Positions 30,868 through 44,421 of a stretch of DNA of 64,000 nt are shown here, piece by piece (position 1 is the first letter of the stretch; every line of letters begins with the position of its first letter). The translations under genes were made by a program, and so were the position numbers. Below the pieces are notes generated by a model. It was not told where the DNA came from, did no database searches, and saw only the letters and a list, made by a program, of their open reading frames with translations. Origin of the DNA: Eledone cirrhosa (taxonomy: Eukaryota); assembly GCA_964016885.1 (NCBI GenBank), contig OZ024741.1, positions 103,478,001 through 103,542,000 of the forward strand, written 5' to 3'.

Positions 30868-30970
30868 CTCCAGAAGGGAAAGATAAACATGCTATCAGTG
30901 AAGGGCAACGATATGAGGGGAAATGTTAAGCTAACATCTTAGTACCTTACATAGTATAAACATACATGTG

Positions 30971-31050
<80 letters not shown>

Positions 31051-31065
31051 TATATATATATATCA

Positions 31066-31153
<88 letters not shown>

Positions 31154-31534
31154 AGGATAACAAGGTATCGTTATAGGTAATCCAATGAGAGGTTGTGAAT
31201 ACTTCTTATTATGGATAGTTTTAGCGAAAGGCGTTGTTTGACTCAACAAGAGGTTTACGTAGATGACGCTATGTAAGTTAAACTTAGAGTAGTAAAATTG
31301 AAAAAGTGGAGAATAACATGGTCAACAGTACAAAAAAGGGAATTTATTTATAGTCTAACAATTGTTTCACTGATAGAGTTGTCTAAAAATTACTAAACAC
31401 TCTATCAGTGAAACAATTGTTAGACTATAAATAAATTCCCTTTTTTGTACTGTTGACCATGTTATTCTTCACTTTTTCAATTATATATACCACTTGTAGA
31501 GACCTATAAATACCATATTTATTTTTTGATACCC

Positions 31535-31585
31535 AGATTCCTGATGATTTCTAAAGAATGAAACAGTTCTAGTCCTGTAGAATCT
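31535..31585 (+). ncRNA. Complete type I hammerhead ribozyme motif
   Basis: AGAUUC-CUGAUGA-UUUCUAAAGAAU-GAAA-CAG(UUCUAGUC)CUG-UA-GAAUCU. Perfect 6-bp stem I, short stem II, 4-bp stem III, GUA cleavage triplet (cut after 31579). Confidence 0.82.
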
Positions 31586-31667
31586 CATCTATATTAAAAC
31601 TTTTATACTCTGCAATGTATTGAGTACCTTACTTACTGTGGTTACCTCCATTTCAACCCGGAATAAC

Positions 31668-31712
<45 letters not shown>

Positions 31713-32064
31713 AAAAAGAAATTGAAAGTGCAACTAGAGTCTTTTAAGAATATTCATTTATTTACTTTACTGGTTTCACAGTTCTTATGATTTTCAAATG
31801 TAAAATTGAGATGGAGGGTTTGTGTTTCTGTTGTGATTTGTCTCCCATCAACTTCTTTTCCTTATACTTACACCCATCTGAGACATCTTTTTTTTAAAAC
31901 TCATTTTCTTATATTCATATATATATATACAGAATTAGCCGTCGAAACGGCTTGAGCTCAGCTGTCGGGGTCTTACTCGTTCCTATTACCCACTCTACTA
32001 CCTCAAGTATTGAGTACTTTGGTGCGTTATGGTCCACCTGGTTCCTTACCACATTTCCTTCGTT

Positions 32065-32113
<49 letters not shown>

Positions 32114-32118
<5 letters not shown>

Positions 32119-33480
32119 TCTGAATTTGTTTAGCAAGATTCTTTATCTGAAAACGTGTGTTGAAACCGATATTGTTATACTTTGGGAGGGTCATGTTGCC
32201 AATAAGAAACACACGCACCAGTTCCTTTCACTTCAATTTATTATAATAAATTTATAAATTTAGGAATTTATAAATTTCCGGTTGGTTGGTTGGTTCCACA
32301 ACCAGATGGTTGTTTATATATTGTCAAAGTTCTTTCGTCACACATTCTGTGACCTCTTCAGTGACTGGGATTATTTTCTTTGTTTTTGTGCCACTCCTTT
32401 GTTCTGTCCTACGCCATCTTGTTTCTGTGTGTGTGTTGTGTGCTCAGTCTGCGCATGCGCCACATCCGGGTGTCTGTGTGTGTTTATATTCGTTTATTTA
32501 TTTGTTTATTTACATGTTACTGGTTGGTTGTTTGTTCTATGTGCGTGTGTGTTTTCATTTTGTCCTTAATTGTAAGTTGTGATGCTGCTGTTCCACTCAT
32601 GTTTTCTATTTAATTTTGGTTGTAATTCATTTATGTTTATTGCCTCTGTGATTTGTCTAAACATTGCGTCTTTTCTGTGTGTAGATTCTATTTTTATTTC
32701 TATGTTCTCTAATTTACCCTTATGTTCTATTTTAGCATGTTGGTAGAGTACAGATGATTCTTTACTATATTGAAGGTCTCGCCAGTGTTCATTTATCCGT
32801 TCCCCTATACTACGAGCTGTCTCACCTATGTACACTATATTTTTATCTCTACATTGTTCTTCAGTACATCTTATGCTATATACTACATTTCTAGTTTTAC
32901 AGTTAATATGGGGGCTTAATTTACAGATTATACATTTCTTATCTATACAGGGAGGTCTTTGAAAAGGGTATGTATTGCTAATAAGTGTTTTTATGGAGGT
33001 ACCTGGTCTTTCTACTATCTTAATATTGAGTTTATGTTTATCTAGGGCCCTTCGAAATTTGTAAGCTAATTCACCTCTAGGGGTTGTATCGATGAACATT
33101 ACACTCTCGTATTTATTGCTATCATACCATGAGTTTATTCTATTAGCCTTATTCCTAGTTCTTTCTATTCTATTCCAAAATTTGCTCCTATACAAGGGGC
33201 AGGTCCCATTTGTGTCATTATTTACCATTTTTTCCCATTTGGTTCTGGCTCCTCTATACACTCTGATTTTATCTCTCTCATTGTAACCAGAGAACGCATA
33301 CGGTGGATGAAGTGTTGTATGTGTCTCTCTAGTTCTTCGGGGTTGCACATGCGGGACACGTTTCTCATCACCCGTACCAAATCCGCAATCAGTATGTTGA
33401 TTTTGGTATGGTCCGAAACAGCTGAGTTTCGGTGGATCAGATATTTGGAAGTCATGGGTTTGGCATAATGGGAATGGAAG
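32114..33480 (-). mobile_element. Inverted copy of the same Penelope-like 3' segment (frameshifted)
   Basis: Reverse complement of 33518-34803 with only about a dozen differences by eye. A 1-nt deletion splits the ORF into 33222-33455 and 32566-33348. It is about 27 nt longer at the 5' end and abuts (TA)n at 32114. Confidence 0.92.
32323..32365 (-). ncRNA. Hammerhead motif in the inverted pLTR (sense to Wnt pre-mRNA)
   Basis: Exact reverse complement of 34610-34652. Confidence 0.75.
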
Positions 33481-33517
33481 ATTTGTTTTTTTGTTTTTTG
33501 TTTTTTGTTATTAATAT

Positions 33518-34803
33518 ATGACTTCCAAATATCTGATCCACCGAAACTCAGCTGTTTCGGACCATACCAAAATCAACATACTGATTGCGGATTTGGTACG
33601 GGTGATGAGAAACGTGTCCCGCATGTGCAACCCCGAAGAACTAGAGAGACACATACAACACTTCATCCACCGTATGCAGTTCTCTGGTTACAATCAGAGA
33701 GATAAAATCAGAGTGTATAGAGGAGCCAGAACCAAATGGGAAGCAATGGTAAATAATGACACAAATGGGACCTGCCCCTTGTATAGGAGCAACTTTTGGA
33801 ATAGAATAGAAAGAACTAGGAATAAGGCTAATAGAATAAACTCATGGTATGATAGCAATAAATGCCAGAGTGTAATGTTCATCGATACAACCCCTAGAGG
33901 TGAATTAGCTTACAAATTTCGAAGGGCCCTAGATAAACATAAACTCAATATTAAGATAGTAGAAAGACCAGGTACCTCCATAAAAACACTTATTAGCAAC
34001 ACATACCCTTTTCAAAGACCTCCCTGTATAGATAAGAAATGTATAATCTGTAAATTAAGCCCCCATATTAACTGTAAAACTAGAAATGTAGTATATAGCA
34101 TAAGATGTACTGAAGAACAATGTAGAGATAAAAATATAGTGTACATAGGTGAGACAGCTCGTAGTATAGGGGAACGGATAAATGAACACTGGCGAGACCT
34201 TCAAGATAGTAAAGAATCATCTGTACTCTACCAACATGCTAAAATAGAACATAAGGGTAAATTAGAGAACATAGAAATAAAAATAGAATCTACACACAGA
34301 AAAGACGCAATGTTTAGACAAATCACAGAGGCAATAAACATAAATGAATTACAACCAAAATTAAATAGAAAACATGAGTGGAACAGCAACATCACAACTT
34401 ACAATTAAGGACAAAATGAAAACACACACGCACATAGAACAAACAACCAACCAGTAACATGTAAATAAACAAATAAATAAACGAATATAAACACACACAG
34501 ACACCCGGATGTGGCGCATGCGCAGACTGAGCACACAACACACACACAGAAACAAGATGGCGTAGGACAGAACAAAGGAGAGGCACAAAAACAAAGAAAA
34601 TAATCCCCAGTCACTGAAGAGGTCACAGAATGTGTGACGAAAGAACTTTGACAATATATAAACAACCATCTGGTTGTGGAACCAACAAACCAACCGGAAA
34701 TTTATAAATTCCTAAATTTATAAATTTATTATAATAAATTGAAGTGAAAGGAACTGGTGCGTGTGTTTCTTATTGGCAACATGACCCTCCCAAAGTATAA
34801 CAA
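33518..34803 (+). mobile_element. 5'-truncated Penelope-like retroelement: RT thumb, C-terminal GIY-YIG endonuclease and pLTR
   Basis: ORF 33518-34408 has a Cys-rich linker (RPPCIDKKCIICK...INCKTRNVVYSIRC) and GIY-YIG motifs (VVY...YIGETARSIGERINEH...EAININELQPKLNR). It is followed by ~400 nt of non-coding pLTR ending in (TA)n. Confidence 0.92.
34610..34652 (+). ncRNA. Minimal type I hammerhead ribozyme motif in PLE pLTR
   Basis: GUCA-CUGAAGA-G-GUCAC(AGAAUGU)GUGAC-GAAA-GAAC-UU-UGAC. Stem I GUCA/UGAC, 5-bp stem II, very short stem III. Confidence 0.75.
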
Positions 34804-35089
34804 TATATATATATATATATATATATGCCATTGCCGGTGGCAACTCCTAGCAAAAAGAGCAACGTGAAATCAAGTATTTTTCTCAAGAACATGAAGCCAC
34901 ACTTAGTACGTGAATCGAATCTACAACCTTATTATCGTGACACCAACATCAGAACCATTAAGCCACGTGCCTTGGCACAAATAGTGTGCATTGATACAGA
35001 TAATACTGGAATAAAATCTATCCTACGTTCTAAGGATTGCCAATTCGCCGCCATATAGTTAAATATATAATTAAATATTTAGTTAAGTA

Positions 35090-35482
35090 TTTGTTTTGCA
35101 AGATTCTTGGTGTGAAATCGTGTGTTGAAACAGACATTGTTATATTGGGGGGGGGGTCATGTTGCCAATTTTGCCAATAAAAACACATGCACTATTTGAC
35201 TTTCACTTCAGCTTTAATATTATTAATTATTGGTTATTTTGTTAAAGCTCTTTCGTCACATATTCTGTGATCTCAATAACTATTTGTTCTTCTTCTCCCT
35301 GTCTCCGCTTCTTTCTGATCTTATTCTGTTTACTCCGTCTTGTCTTTCGTGGAAAACATACCACAGAAAGACATGATGAAAGAACCAACAACCAATGATT
35401 AATAATAATAAGCTGAAGTGAAAGTTAAATAGTACGTGTGTCTTTATTGGGAAAATTGGCAGCATAACCAAATATAACAATA
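35090..35482. mobile_element. Diverged pLTR relative with inverted partial copy
   Basis: gcaagattctt...gtgtgttgaaac...ttgttata...gggtcatgttgccaa resembles the pLTR. 35385-35482 is the reverse complement of about 35137-35238. Confidence 0.7.
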
Positions 35483-35621
35483 AGTATATCGTTAAATATA
35501 TTGTTAAATATATAGTTAAGTATACAGTTCCATATATGTAGTTAAATGTATAGTTAAGTGTTCAGTAACATATATATAGTTAAAAAGAAGAAAATCAATG
35601 TAGAAAGAGGTCATATCTTAC

Positions 35622-35899
35622 CCTCCTCCCAGCTCTGTTGTTGTGTAGATTCATCAACGCTCTGGCATCACGAACTTTTTTTTCTCGCGCATCGATAAAC
35701 ATGCGAGAAAAGTCACTTCCGTAGCGCACGTTGTCGCTACATCCACCCCATTCAAAATGTCCTTTTTTATCACGTCCTTTGCCCATTTTATTTGGATCAC
35801 AGGAACAGTCCCGTAACGTGCCTTTACTACAGGCCCGTGTGATTGCGTGTACTACAGCAGAAGATGATATAGCGTATACAAACGCGGCCTCGCGGCTTC
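35622..35899 (-). CDS. Wnt2: Wnt ligand, Wnt2 subfamily, internal coding exon (278 nt)
   Basis: Translates as (G)[35 protein letters not shown]...[13 protein letters not shown]...[16 protein letters not shown], a classic Wnt segment. Acceptor ttttag|GA, donor AGG|gtaaga, phase 1 in and phase 0 out. Subfamily assigned from remembered similarity to Wnt2/Wnt2b, not from a search. Confidence 0.95.
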
Positions 35900-36542
35900 C
35901 TAAAATATATAGACAAATATACACATTGTAGCAAGATAAATATTGTTTTGTGTACGTTTCACGTCAGATGGGGTTTCATAATATTATCAATTAGAAATCA
36001 TTCAACCGTAGGTAAATTTCTTGTCGAAGCAAGATCTATGATCGCCTGTCAGAAGAAAAGCATTCAAACGTGGAGGAAAAGATTCCTTAAATCAAAAACG
36101 GCAAAAAAAAATGTACCATCTTATGTCCTTTGCAAAACATCAGAAATTATGTTTCTTGGTCCCAGCGAACAGCACAGTTTAATATACAATTTAATTAAAT
36201 ATCACCGCAAGCCCTAAAATTATGCAAAATGGCTGAAACATTCTCTATTTCTGCCATATGTAATAGGTAAAGATAAAGCCTTTAGTTACGTATTGGAGTC
36301 TGAGAGTTGTAGATAGCTTCAGAAATGATTCCAAGAACAACCGAAACTCAAATTTAATCTGCTCATTTTTTTTTGCATTCCACGAAGAAACACAAATAAG
36401 ACGTGTTTACAAATATACATATATAAATATGAATGTTTACATACACATTTCTCACAGTTCCGCTTAACTCATGCACTGTGAAGATATGTGTGTGTGTGTG
36501 TGTGTGGAGAGAGAGCGAAAGAGAGAGAGATTAAAAATATAT

Positions 36543-36594
<52 letters not shown>

Positions 36595-37141
36595 GTAGCT
36601 AGGCAGAAGAATAGACAGATTGTGATAAATGGTAGTGGAATTCCCCGTTCAATGTAAATTATCTATTTATCTAGCTGTCTATCAAAGTATTTATGTTATT
36701 TATCTAGGTACCTACCAATTTGTATATGTGTATATATAAATATACATATATATGTGTGTGTGCATGTATGATTGTGTGTGTGTATGATTAATGTATCTAT
36801 GTAACTATATATATATATATATATATATATGCATGTACGTACGTCTGTATGTATGTATTAATGTATGTGTATAGTTATCTATGACAGTATTTATGTTATT
36901 TGTCTATGTATCTACCTATTTATATCTGTATCAATGTATCTATTAAGTCATTCATTCATTCTTGTTCGGAAAGATATACGGAATTCCATCATTAAACAAC
37001 TGAAGTAGCTTCTCCCACTCATTTTCTCTTTACACATACACACACACACACATATATATATATAGGTGCGTGTGTATGTGTATGCATAGATACGTATATA
37101 TATATGTGTGTGTTTGTGTGTATATATATATATACATACAT

Positions 37142-37268
<127 letters not shown>

Positions 37269-37769
37269 TATATACATATATATCCTCCAAAACCACCCAA
37301 GGAAATAGTGAAACGGTATTCTTCTTTCTTTCTTTTTTCTTCATTTTATTTTATCTGAAGGCGAAATCGGAGACAAAGGCCATCTTATGAAGAGAAGACA
37401 GACACTAAACTGTTGTAGAACGTTTGACAGTCAAATATTTACCAAAGTTTGGTTGGAATCAAGTGTTTACTAGTTGACAAATGTCTTGACTCCGCTCTAC
37501 TCCAATTGATTACTGTATGTCAACGGCTAACTGAAACACTCCCAAGAAAAATTATACAAACATAACAAACGAAAACAAAAAGAATGTAAAGTTATCCACC
37601 CCTCCTCCGACAAGAAAAATGCTCTAATACTCCTTCGATAGATTTAGTTTTCTGCTGGGTTTATATATATATATATATATTTTTTTTTTTTCCTTTTATT
37701 TTTTCGATTTGTTTGTGTTTTACGTTCTTCTCTTTTTTCTTATTGTTGTTCTTCTCCTCACACGCATAA

Positions 37770-37847
<78 letters not shown>

Positions 37848-38209
37848 TGTGTGTGTGTGTGTGTGTGAATGTGTGTGCGTGCGCGAAAGAGAGAGGGTGT
37901 GTCTATGTGTGTGTATGTCTGTGTGTATGTGTATGCGTGCGCGAAAGAGAGAGTCTGTGTGTATATGTGTGCGTGCGCGAAACAGAGTGTGTGTGTGTGT
38001 GTTTTATATATGTGCGTGTTTGTGATAATGTATGTTTTGTTCGGGTTTGTTTTGTTTTTGTCTAGTTGTTATTTCTTTCAATCGTTTTGTTTCTTTTATT
38101 TTTCTTTAATTTTTCTTTTACTTTTCGGTTGCGATCGGAATTTCCCAGATTCAGGGAAATCTTCCGATATTTTCCGTCACATGTTCAATTCTCGGGTTAA
38201 GTAATTTAA

Positions 38210-38431
38210 TCCTTTAGCATTTAAACTGGCCATATCCGGCCAGAATTCTCTCAGCTCTTTCTCTTCAAACTGGCTGTAACCGGCCACTCATACTGATGTT
38301 AAGGTATTGTTCTCAAAATTAGTAATATCAAAATCTCATAGATTCAATATTATGCGAGATAATTATGTAAGGTAAAGCCTTTACCGTAAAAATACAATAG
38401 TATATATAGAGTAATGTAAATGCTAAAAGGG
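38210..38431. mobile_element. piggyBac-like MITE
   Basis: TTAA on both sides (38206-38209, 38432-38435). TIRs (t)CCTTTAGCATTTA / TAAATGCTAAAAGGG. Confidence 0.8.
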
Positions 38432-38628
38432 TTAAACTTCACTCAAAAGTTTCATTCATTTGGTAATTTCAGTTGAGATTGAACTTCTCCTCCGGAACTA
38501 TTATTTTGTCCTACGCTCTACCGGCTGTACCAATTCACAGCCTGGACCATAAAAACTAACACGACACTGATGTAAAAGACTGCTAAGTACAAATGCTAAC
38601 ATTTGTACTTAGAGAAACACAATATGCC

Positions 38629-38746
<118 letters not shown>

Positions 38747-38796
38747 CGCGCGCGCGTGTGTGTGCTTCTTTGTTTTGTACCTCCATCAGTTTAGAC

Positions 38797-39105
38797 CAGT
38801 CATGGGCAACCTGCGGCCCGCGGGCCGCCTGCAACCCGCGAAGCATTCTGAATGGTTAACCTAAGTCACCTAAGTGAAATCTTTCTGATTTTTTTACCCC
38901 AACTTTTCAGTTGTAATTTATCTTTCTATCATTTTTACGATCGAGGAAAACAACGCGTACGAATTGTGAAGAACCAAATCAAAGCAACCTGAATTACCGC
39001 CCTTCTTATAATGTGGGGCATGAATGTAAATTAGCGCTTGCGGCTCGCCTGATGATGAGCCATATCTCATGCGGCCCGCTTCTCAAAAGAAGTTGCCCAT
39101 GCCTG
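38797..39105. mobile_element. hAT (Charlie-like) MITE, 309 bp
   Basis: TIRs CAGTCATGGGCAAC / GTTGCCCATGCCTG (1 mismatch). Perfect 8-bp TSD GTTTAGAC at 38789-38796 and 39106-39113. Subterminal GCGGCCCG motifs. Confidence 0.93.
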
Positions 39106-40741
39106 GTTTAGACGCCGTGTTTCAGCCTACTCGCGTAATTAACGTGCAAGTGGTTAAGTATTCTTGAGATGAGAGTACTTTTACCATAATTCTCTGGAAG
39201 ATTCAACTGAGCGTGACAACGTGTGTGACAAGGCTGACCTTTCGAATTACAGTTTAGTCAGTAGAGGGGACAGGAACAACATGAGTGAGCCGAATACTGT
39301 AATCACTAAACCACACGTCTTCATACACGCACATATACACATATAGATATACATACGCTTAGAGATACACACAGAAAGATAGATTCCTATATATGTATGC
39401 TTGTGTATGAATGTGTATATAGATATACACTCTCATACACACACACACACATACATACATACATACATACATACATACATACATACATACATACAAACAT
39501 GGTGGCTGCCAACTCGTTTTCGAGTACGGCCACTACTTTATATCCATGTAGGAGAACCCCTACCGATGCGCTGAACGAGTGTGACTTTTTAGTCCAGCCA
39601 GCGACTTGAAAACTCTGGTACAAACACTACACTTGTGACAATTATTGACACATAGTGCTGGGCCCATGGTACCATGTGACGACAAGTGCAGAGAGATCTC
39701 CAGATATAAAGCAATGCCTGTGCCGTGAAGCTTTTATAGTGAGCAAAGGCACTGCACAAAGCCAGTCCCACTCTCTTAACCAAGATGATATTTACCAAAA
39801 AGAAGAACAAGTCAACATCATTGGATACCATCAGGGTTGCAGGTGTTATATCAGAGTTTTCCTTCTCCTAGAATTCTGCCTTGACAAAGGCTAAGGGGTC
39901 ATCTCTCCCGGTGATTTTGGATGGCCATTGACTCTCAAGAGCTCCTTTGCCCTTTAACAGGTTTTGTTTTTAGTCCTGCAGGATGTCCAAAGTCACCCTC
40001 CTCACCAAGGAACCTACATACATACACACAGACATACACGCACACACGCATTCCACCTTTTTGCCACTAAAAAAAAATGAATGAAATGGTGGCTGTTTCA
40101 ACTGAGAATTTAAGATAATCGTTTCTACTTTTGGCACAAGGTCAGCATTAACCCAGTACATTACTGGTACTTTATTTTATCGGCCCCGTAAGGATGAAGG
40201 CAAAGTTAACCTCGGTAGAATATATAGAGAAGGATGATAGAGGTAGAAGCTTTTATTACACTGGAAATTATTTTAGCATTATGAAAGGTTGTAATAAATA
40301 TAAAGAAGAAAATAGCTCAATGTTCATCTTCTTCGCCTACTTATTTAGGGAAGATGGAAGCATTTCTTTCTGACTTGATAGGGAAGGAACAAATTTGGAC
40401 AATTTAGTTGTAGAGATTAGTTTAGCTCTTTGCACTCTAAAATGGTCAGAAAACTTCGATATGCAATAAACATAACATGTACATAAATTGTAACGCATAT
40501 CCAAATAGATGTGTATTTTGGTAGTTTGGGGAGAAAATATAATTATTGGAGGTGGGCATCCCCCTCCCCTCCGCCCCATCCAATTCCACCGCCACTGTGT
40601 ATATATAATTTTTTAAATTATGCTCTGTGCCCTTTCCTAAGCGGTTAATATATCAAGCTTCTTCGCATCTGATAAGGAACTGGTATTATACCCAATTTAT
40701 TCATCTCATATATATATATATATATATATGAGAATATATAT

Positions 40742-40945
40742 ATGTGAGAAAAACCACAGACCCTCCATCTCAACTCTACTTTTGAAAAGCAGAAGAACTG
40801 CGAAACCGGTAAAGGAACCAAATAAATATATATATTTTTTTTTAAATAAGACTCCAGTTGCATTTTCGATTTCATCTTTTTTTCTTTATACTTTCACTCG
40901 TGTAGGACACCTCGGTTATTTTTCATTTTGTAAAAAAAACCTCAC

Positions 40946-40952
<7 letters not shown>
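40742..40952 (+). mobile_element. Short (TA)n-flanked repeat with degenerate hammerhead core; related pieces at 27698-27873 and 31705-31830
   Basis: UUGAAAA-GCAG(AAGAA)CUGC-GAAA-CCGG-UA-AAG. The 3' part is shared in inverted orientation with 27698-27810. Confidence 0.55.
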
Positions 40953-40999
<47 letters not shown>

Positions 41000-41919
41000 T
41001 CATTTATTATGGCTATTGGTGGGCCTTGTTACTCTAAAGTTTCACCTGCACACTCACAAGACCACCAGTCTTGTCTAGTGAGTACACAGATGAGAATCCA
41101 GAATAACAAAGCTAAGCCATAATAAATGAATATTTAAACTCTATTTCGGTATTGAGTTTTCATTCTTACGTCTGTTAATAATTCACGTACTCTCAGGTCT
41201 TGAATAATCGTCCCCATCCGCGCTTATTAATTTGTCAGATTCCCCCCACCCCCACCCGCTTATTAAATTTTGCTATTCTATAGCCGGCGAAAATTTATTG
41301 TAAGTGGGTCATATTGCCACAGTAGCTGGTGAATCTAATAATTTTACTTTACATTAAAAAATCATTATATATGACAACATTACAAGAAATCCCATTTTTA
41401 CGAACGTACACTGTACAATTACTGACTTCTCAAGCCCCCCCCCCCCTCCCCATTATTGCTCCTTCCTATTATTTGGGACTCGAGAGTACCATCAAACTCT
41501 CCACCTCTCTATGTCTATCACACAAAACTCTTCAAATCCCCCTATCTATATCAATTAAAACCAAACTCTCCTCTCTCTGTATCAATTACCACCAAACTAT
41601 CTCCCTCTCTATATCTACCATACAACACTCTCCCTCATTCCCTCTCACTCGATCCATCACTACCAAACTCTCTCCCTCTATATATCTATCAATGCCTATC
41701 TCTATCAATCCTCTCACTCTATTCATTACCACCAAACTCTCCCCGTCTCTACATCAACCATACAACATACTCTCCCAAACCCCCTCTCTATATCAATTAA
41801 CACCAAACTCTACCCCTCTTTATATCTACTACACAGAACTCTCTTCCAATCTCCAAGCTACGCATTCTGTCGAGTAACGTTACTACAAAGACCCTTCGGA
41901 GAAACCCCATTTTGACTGC

Positions 41920-42220
41920 TTATATTCGCGATCGTATTCTTTCGGTCATTACCCAGGATTCATGGCTATGGGTAAGGGTTGGCACGAATACCGAATTGAA
42001 GATAGTGAGTTTGGCTTTTACGTCTATCTCCCTTCTTCTGATTACTGAATTCTGAAGCTGGCGCATTACTGCACCAGCTTTTGCAATTCTTGCACTTAAT
42101 TCAGCCTCCTGCCTTCCATCACTCGTGAACACGGCCCCGAAATACATGAACCGCTCTACTTGCTTCAGTGGAATTTCATTTACAAGTAAAATGCAATGTG
42201 CAGGCTTCCTTGAGAGGACG
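41920..42220 (-). mobile_element. RTE-like LINE reverse-transcriptase C-terminal fragment
   Basis: YFGAVFTSDG...ELSARIAKAG...KAKLTIFNSVFVPTLTHSHESW. Confidence 0.8.
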
Positions 42221-42261
42221 AATGCTGAAATATATCAGCGAATGAGAAAATGACCGTAGAC

Positions 42262-42555
42262 TGAGATATGCCAACCCACACAGACAGGGAGATCAAGGGA
42301 AAATAGACCGGATATAGTTGTCAAGTACAACCAAGTCAGGAAGTGATTCCAGGTTGAAATATCAATTCCAACAACAGATGGATAATGAAACACTAAAGGA
42401 AAATTAAGAAATTATCCAAATATAAAGGAATTGAAAATACGAGATGAACAAAACTAGATTGTGTCGATTGAAACAAGAAACCATCTCTATAATAAAAGGT
42501 TGTCTTTAGAAATTATTGAAAACACATGCAAATAAATGCATGGCCAAGACTTTAT
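42262..42555 (+). mobile_element. Degenerate R4/Dong-like endonuclease fragment
   Basis: DMPTHTDREIK...RPDIVV-like translation with frameshifts. Confidence 0.55.
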
Positions 42556-42734
42556 ACACACACACATATATATATATATATGTGTGTGTGTGTGTATGTG
42601 TATGTGTGTGCGTGCGCGCGTTTTTGTACGAGTGTGAGTGTGCATGTGTATGTGTGTGTTGTCCGTTTGTGTTTAAATTAACTAAGAATAATACCGACTA
42701 ATGAAAGATGAGGAACTCTTTGAAGAATAAAACA

Positions 42735-42874
42735 ACTACTACTATAACTTCCACGACTACTACTACTACTACTACTACAATACTACTACTACTACTATTA
42801 CAATACTACTACTACTACTACTACTACTACAATACTACTACTACTACTACTACTGCTACTACTACTACTACTAC
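42735..42874. repeat. (TAC)n microsatellite
   Basis: Directly visible. Confidence 0.95.
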
Positions 42875-42990
42875 AGGTTAGTAAGAACACCAATAGAAAA
42901 AAACAACAGCTTCGATTTTCAGTAACATCACAGAAGTCTAGTCAGACCTTTTTAACAAAAGCGCCACACGTATATACATACATACATAGA

Positions 42991-43028
<38 letters not shown>

Positions 43029-43057
43029 AGCAATTACCGTATATATTCATATATACC

Positions 43058-43139
<82 letters not shown>

Positions 43140-43574
43140 ATCGGCAGTGCTTAACATGGCCTCAGCCTGTTGGCTGGACAGGTAAAAGAGTAAAAGAGAG
43201 AAACATAACAGTGAAAAGACCGAATATCACTATAAACACACACATACGCTAATACGCATACACATTAATACAGACATATAAACACACAAATATACAAACA
43301 CCCATACACACATATGTATAAAAGTTGGCTTACAAAGGACCGAACGTTTAGAAACTATCTACATAAACAAACATAAACCAACATTATAAAATAATAGTTA
43401 TTTTTCTTTTTAGTGATGAACACTTAGGAAGTCTTCACTATTCACAAACAATATATCAGATATACATAACACATTTCACCAACATAGACGGACATGTTCG
43501 TATGTATGTGTGTATATATATATATATGTTTGTTTCAGTGTATGACTGCGTATATATATATATATATATATATG

Positions 43575-43606
<32 letters not shown>

Positions 43607-44070
43607 CATTAAATCGAAAATACCTCCTTAGACATTATTCACACGATCAAAACACGCACTCCCCACCCCCAACTATTCGGAAAATTAATAAAATATATAA
43701 ATAAAATATAAAATAAATGATATCAACCCCCCCCCCCCCCCCAATAAAACTAAAAAAAAAGAAAGAACAAGGGCAGACAATCAAGAGAAGGAAATGGTAA
43801 GAAGAGAAAGTGAAGAGAAAATTTAAGCAAGGTTCCTTTGATGTTTAGAACAAAAATATATTTAGAGACAGGTGGAAGAAAGCATGTTGACTTCATATGG
43901 TGTGGTTTCTTTTATGTGGGATACGGTGGGGGTGGGTTGAGGAGGAAAACAAAGGAAGGTAAGGAGGAGGGGTGGTGAAAGGAAGAAGAAAGTGGTTGTG
44001 TTGTTGTTCTTAGAGTGTGTATATATTTATGTATGTATGGTACTAGAGAATATGTATGTGTGCATGTATG

Positions 44071-44135
<65 letters not shown>

Positions 44136-44421
44136 ATGTCTGTATATATCTGTGTATGTCGGTGTGTGTATTCATGTGTGCATGTATGTATGTATATGTG
44201 TGTGTGAGGAAAAGATTTACATGTAGCTATGTACAAAATATACAACCATATTCCATTTTATAAAGGTTTACTCATTTTTGTATGAAGCCCTTTTAGTTGC
44301 TAATGTTCCTAATTCCATCAACATTTCTTGAATTTCACCCTCTCATCAGAATATGATGTGCTGTTGGTTTTTTGTATTGTCTTTTTTATAGCAAGCGAAT
44401 GGGATTATGTAAATGACTCTG

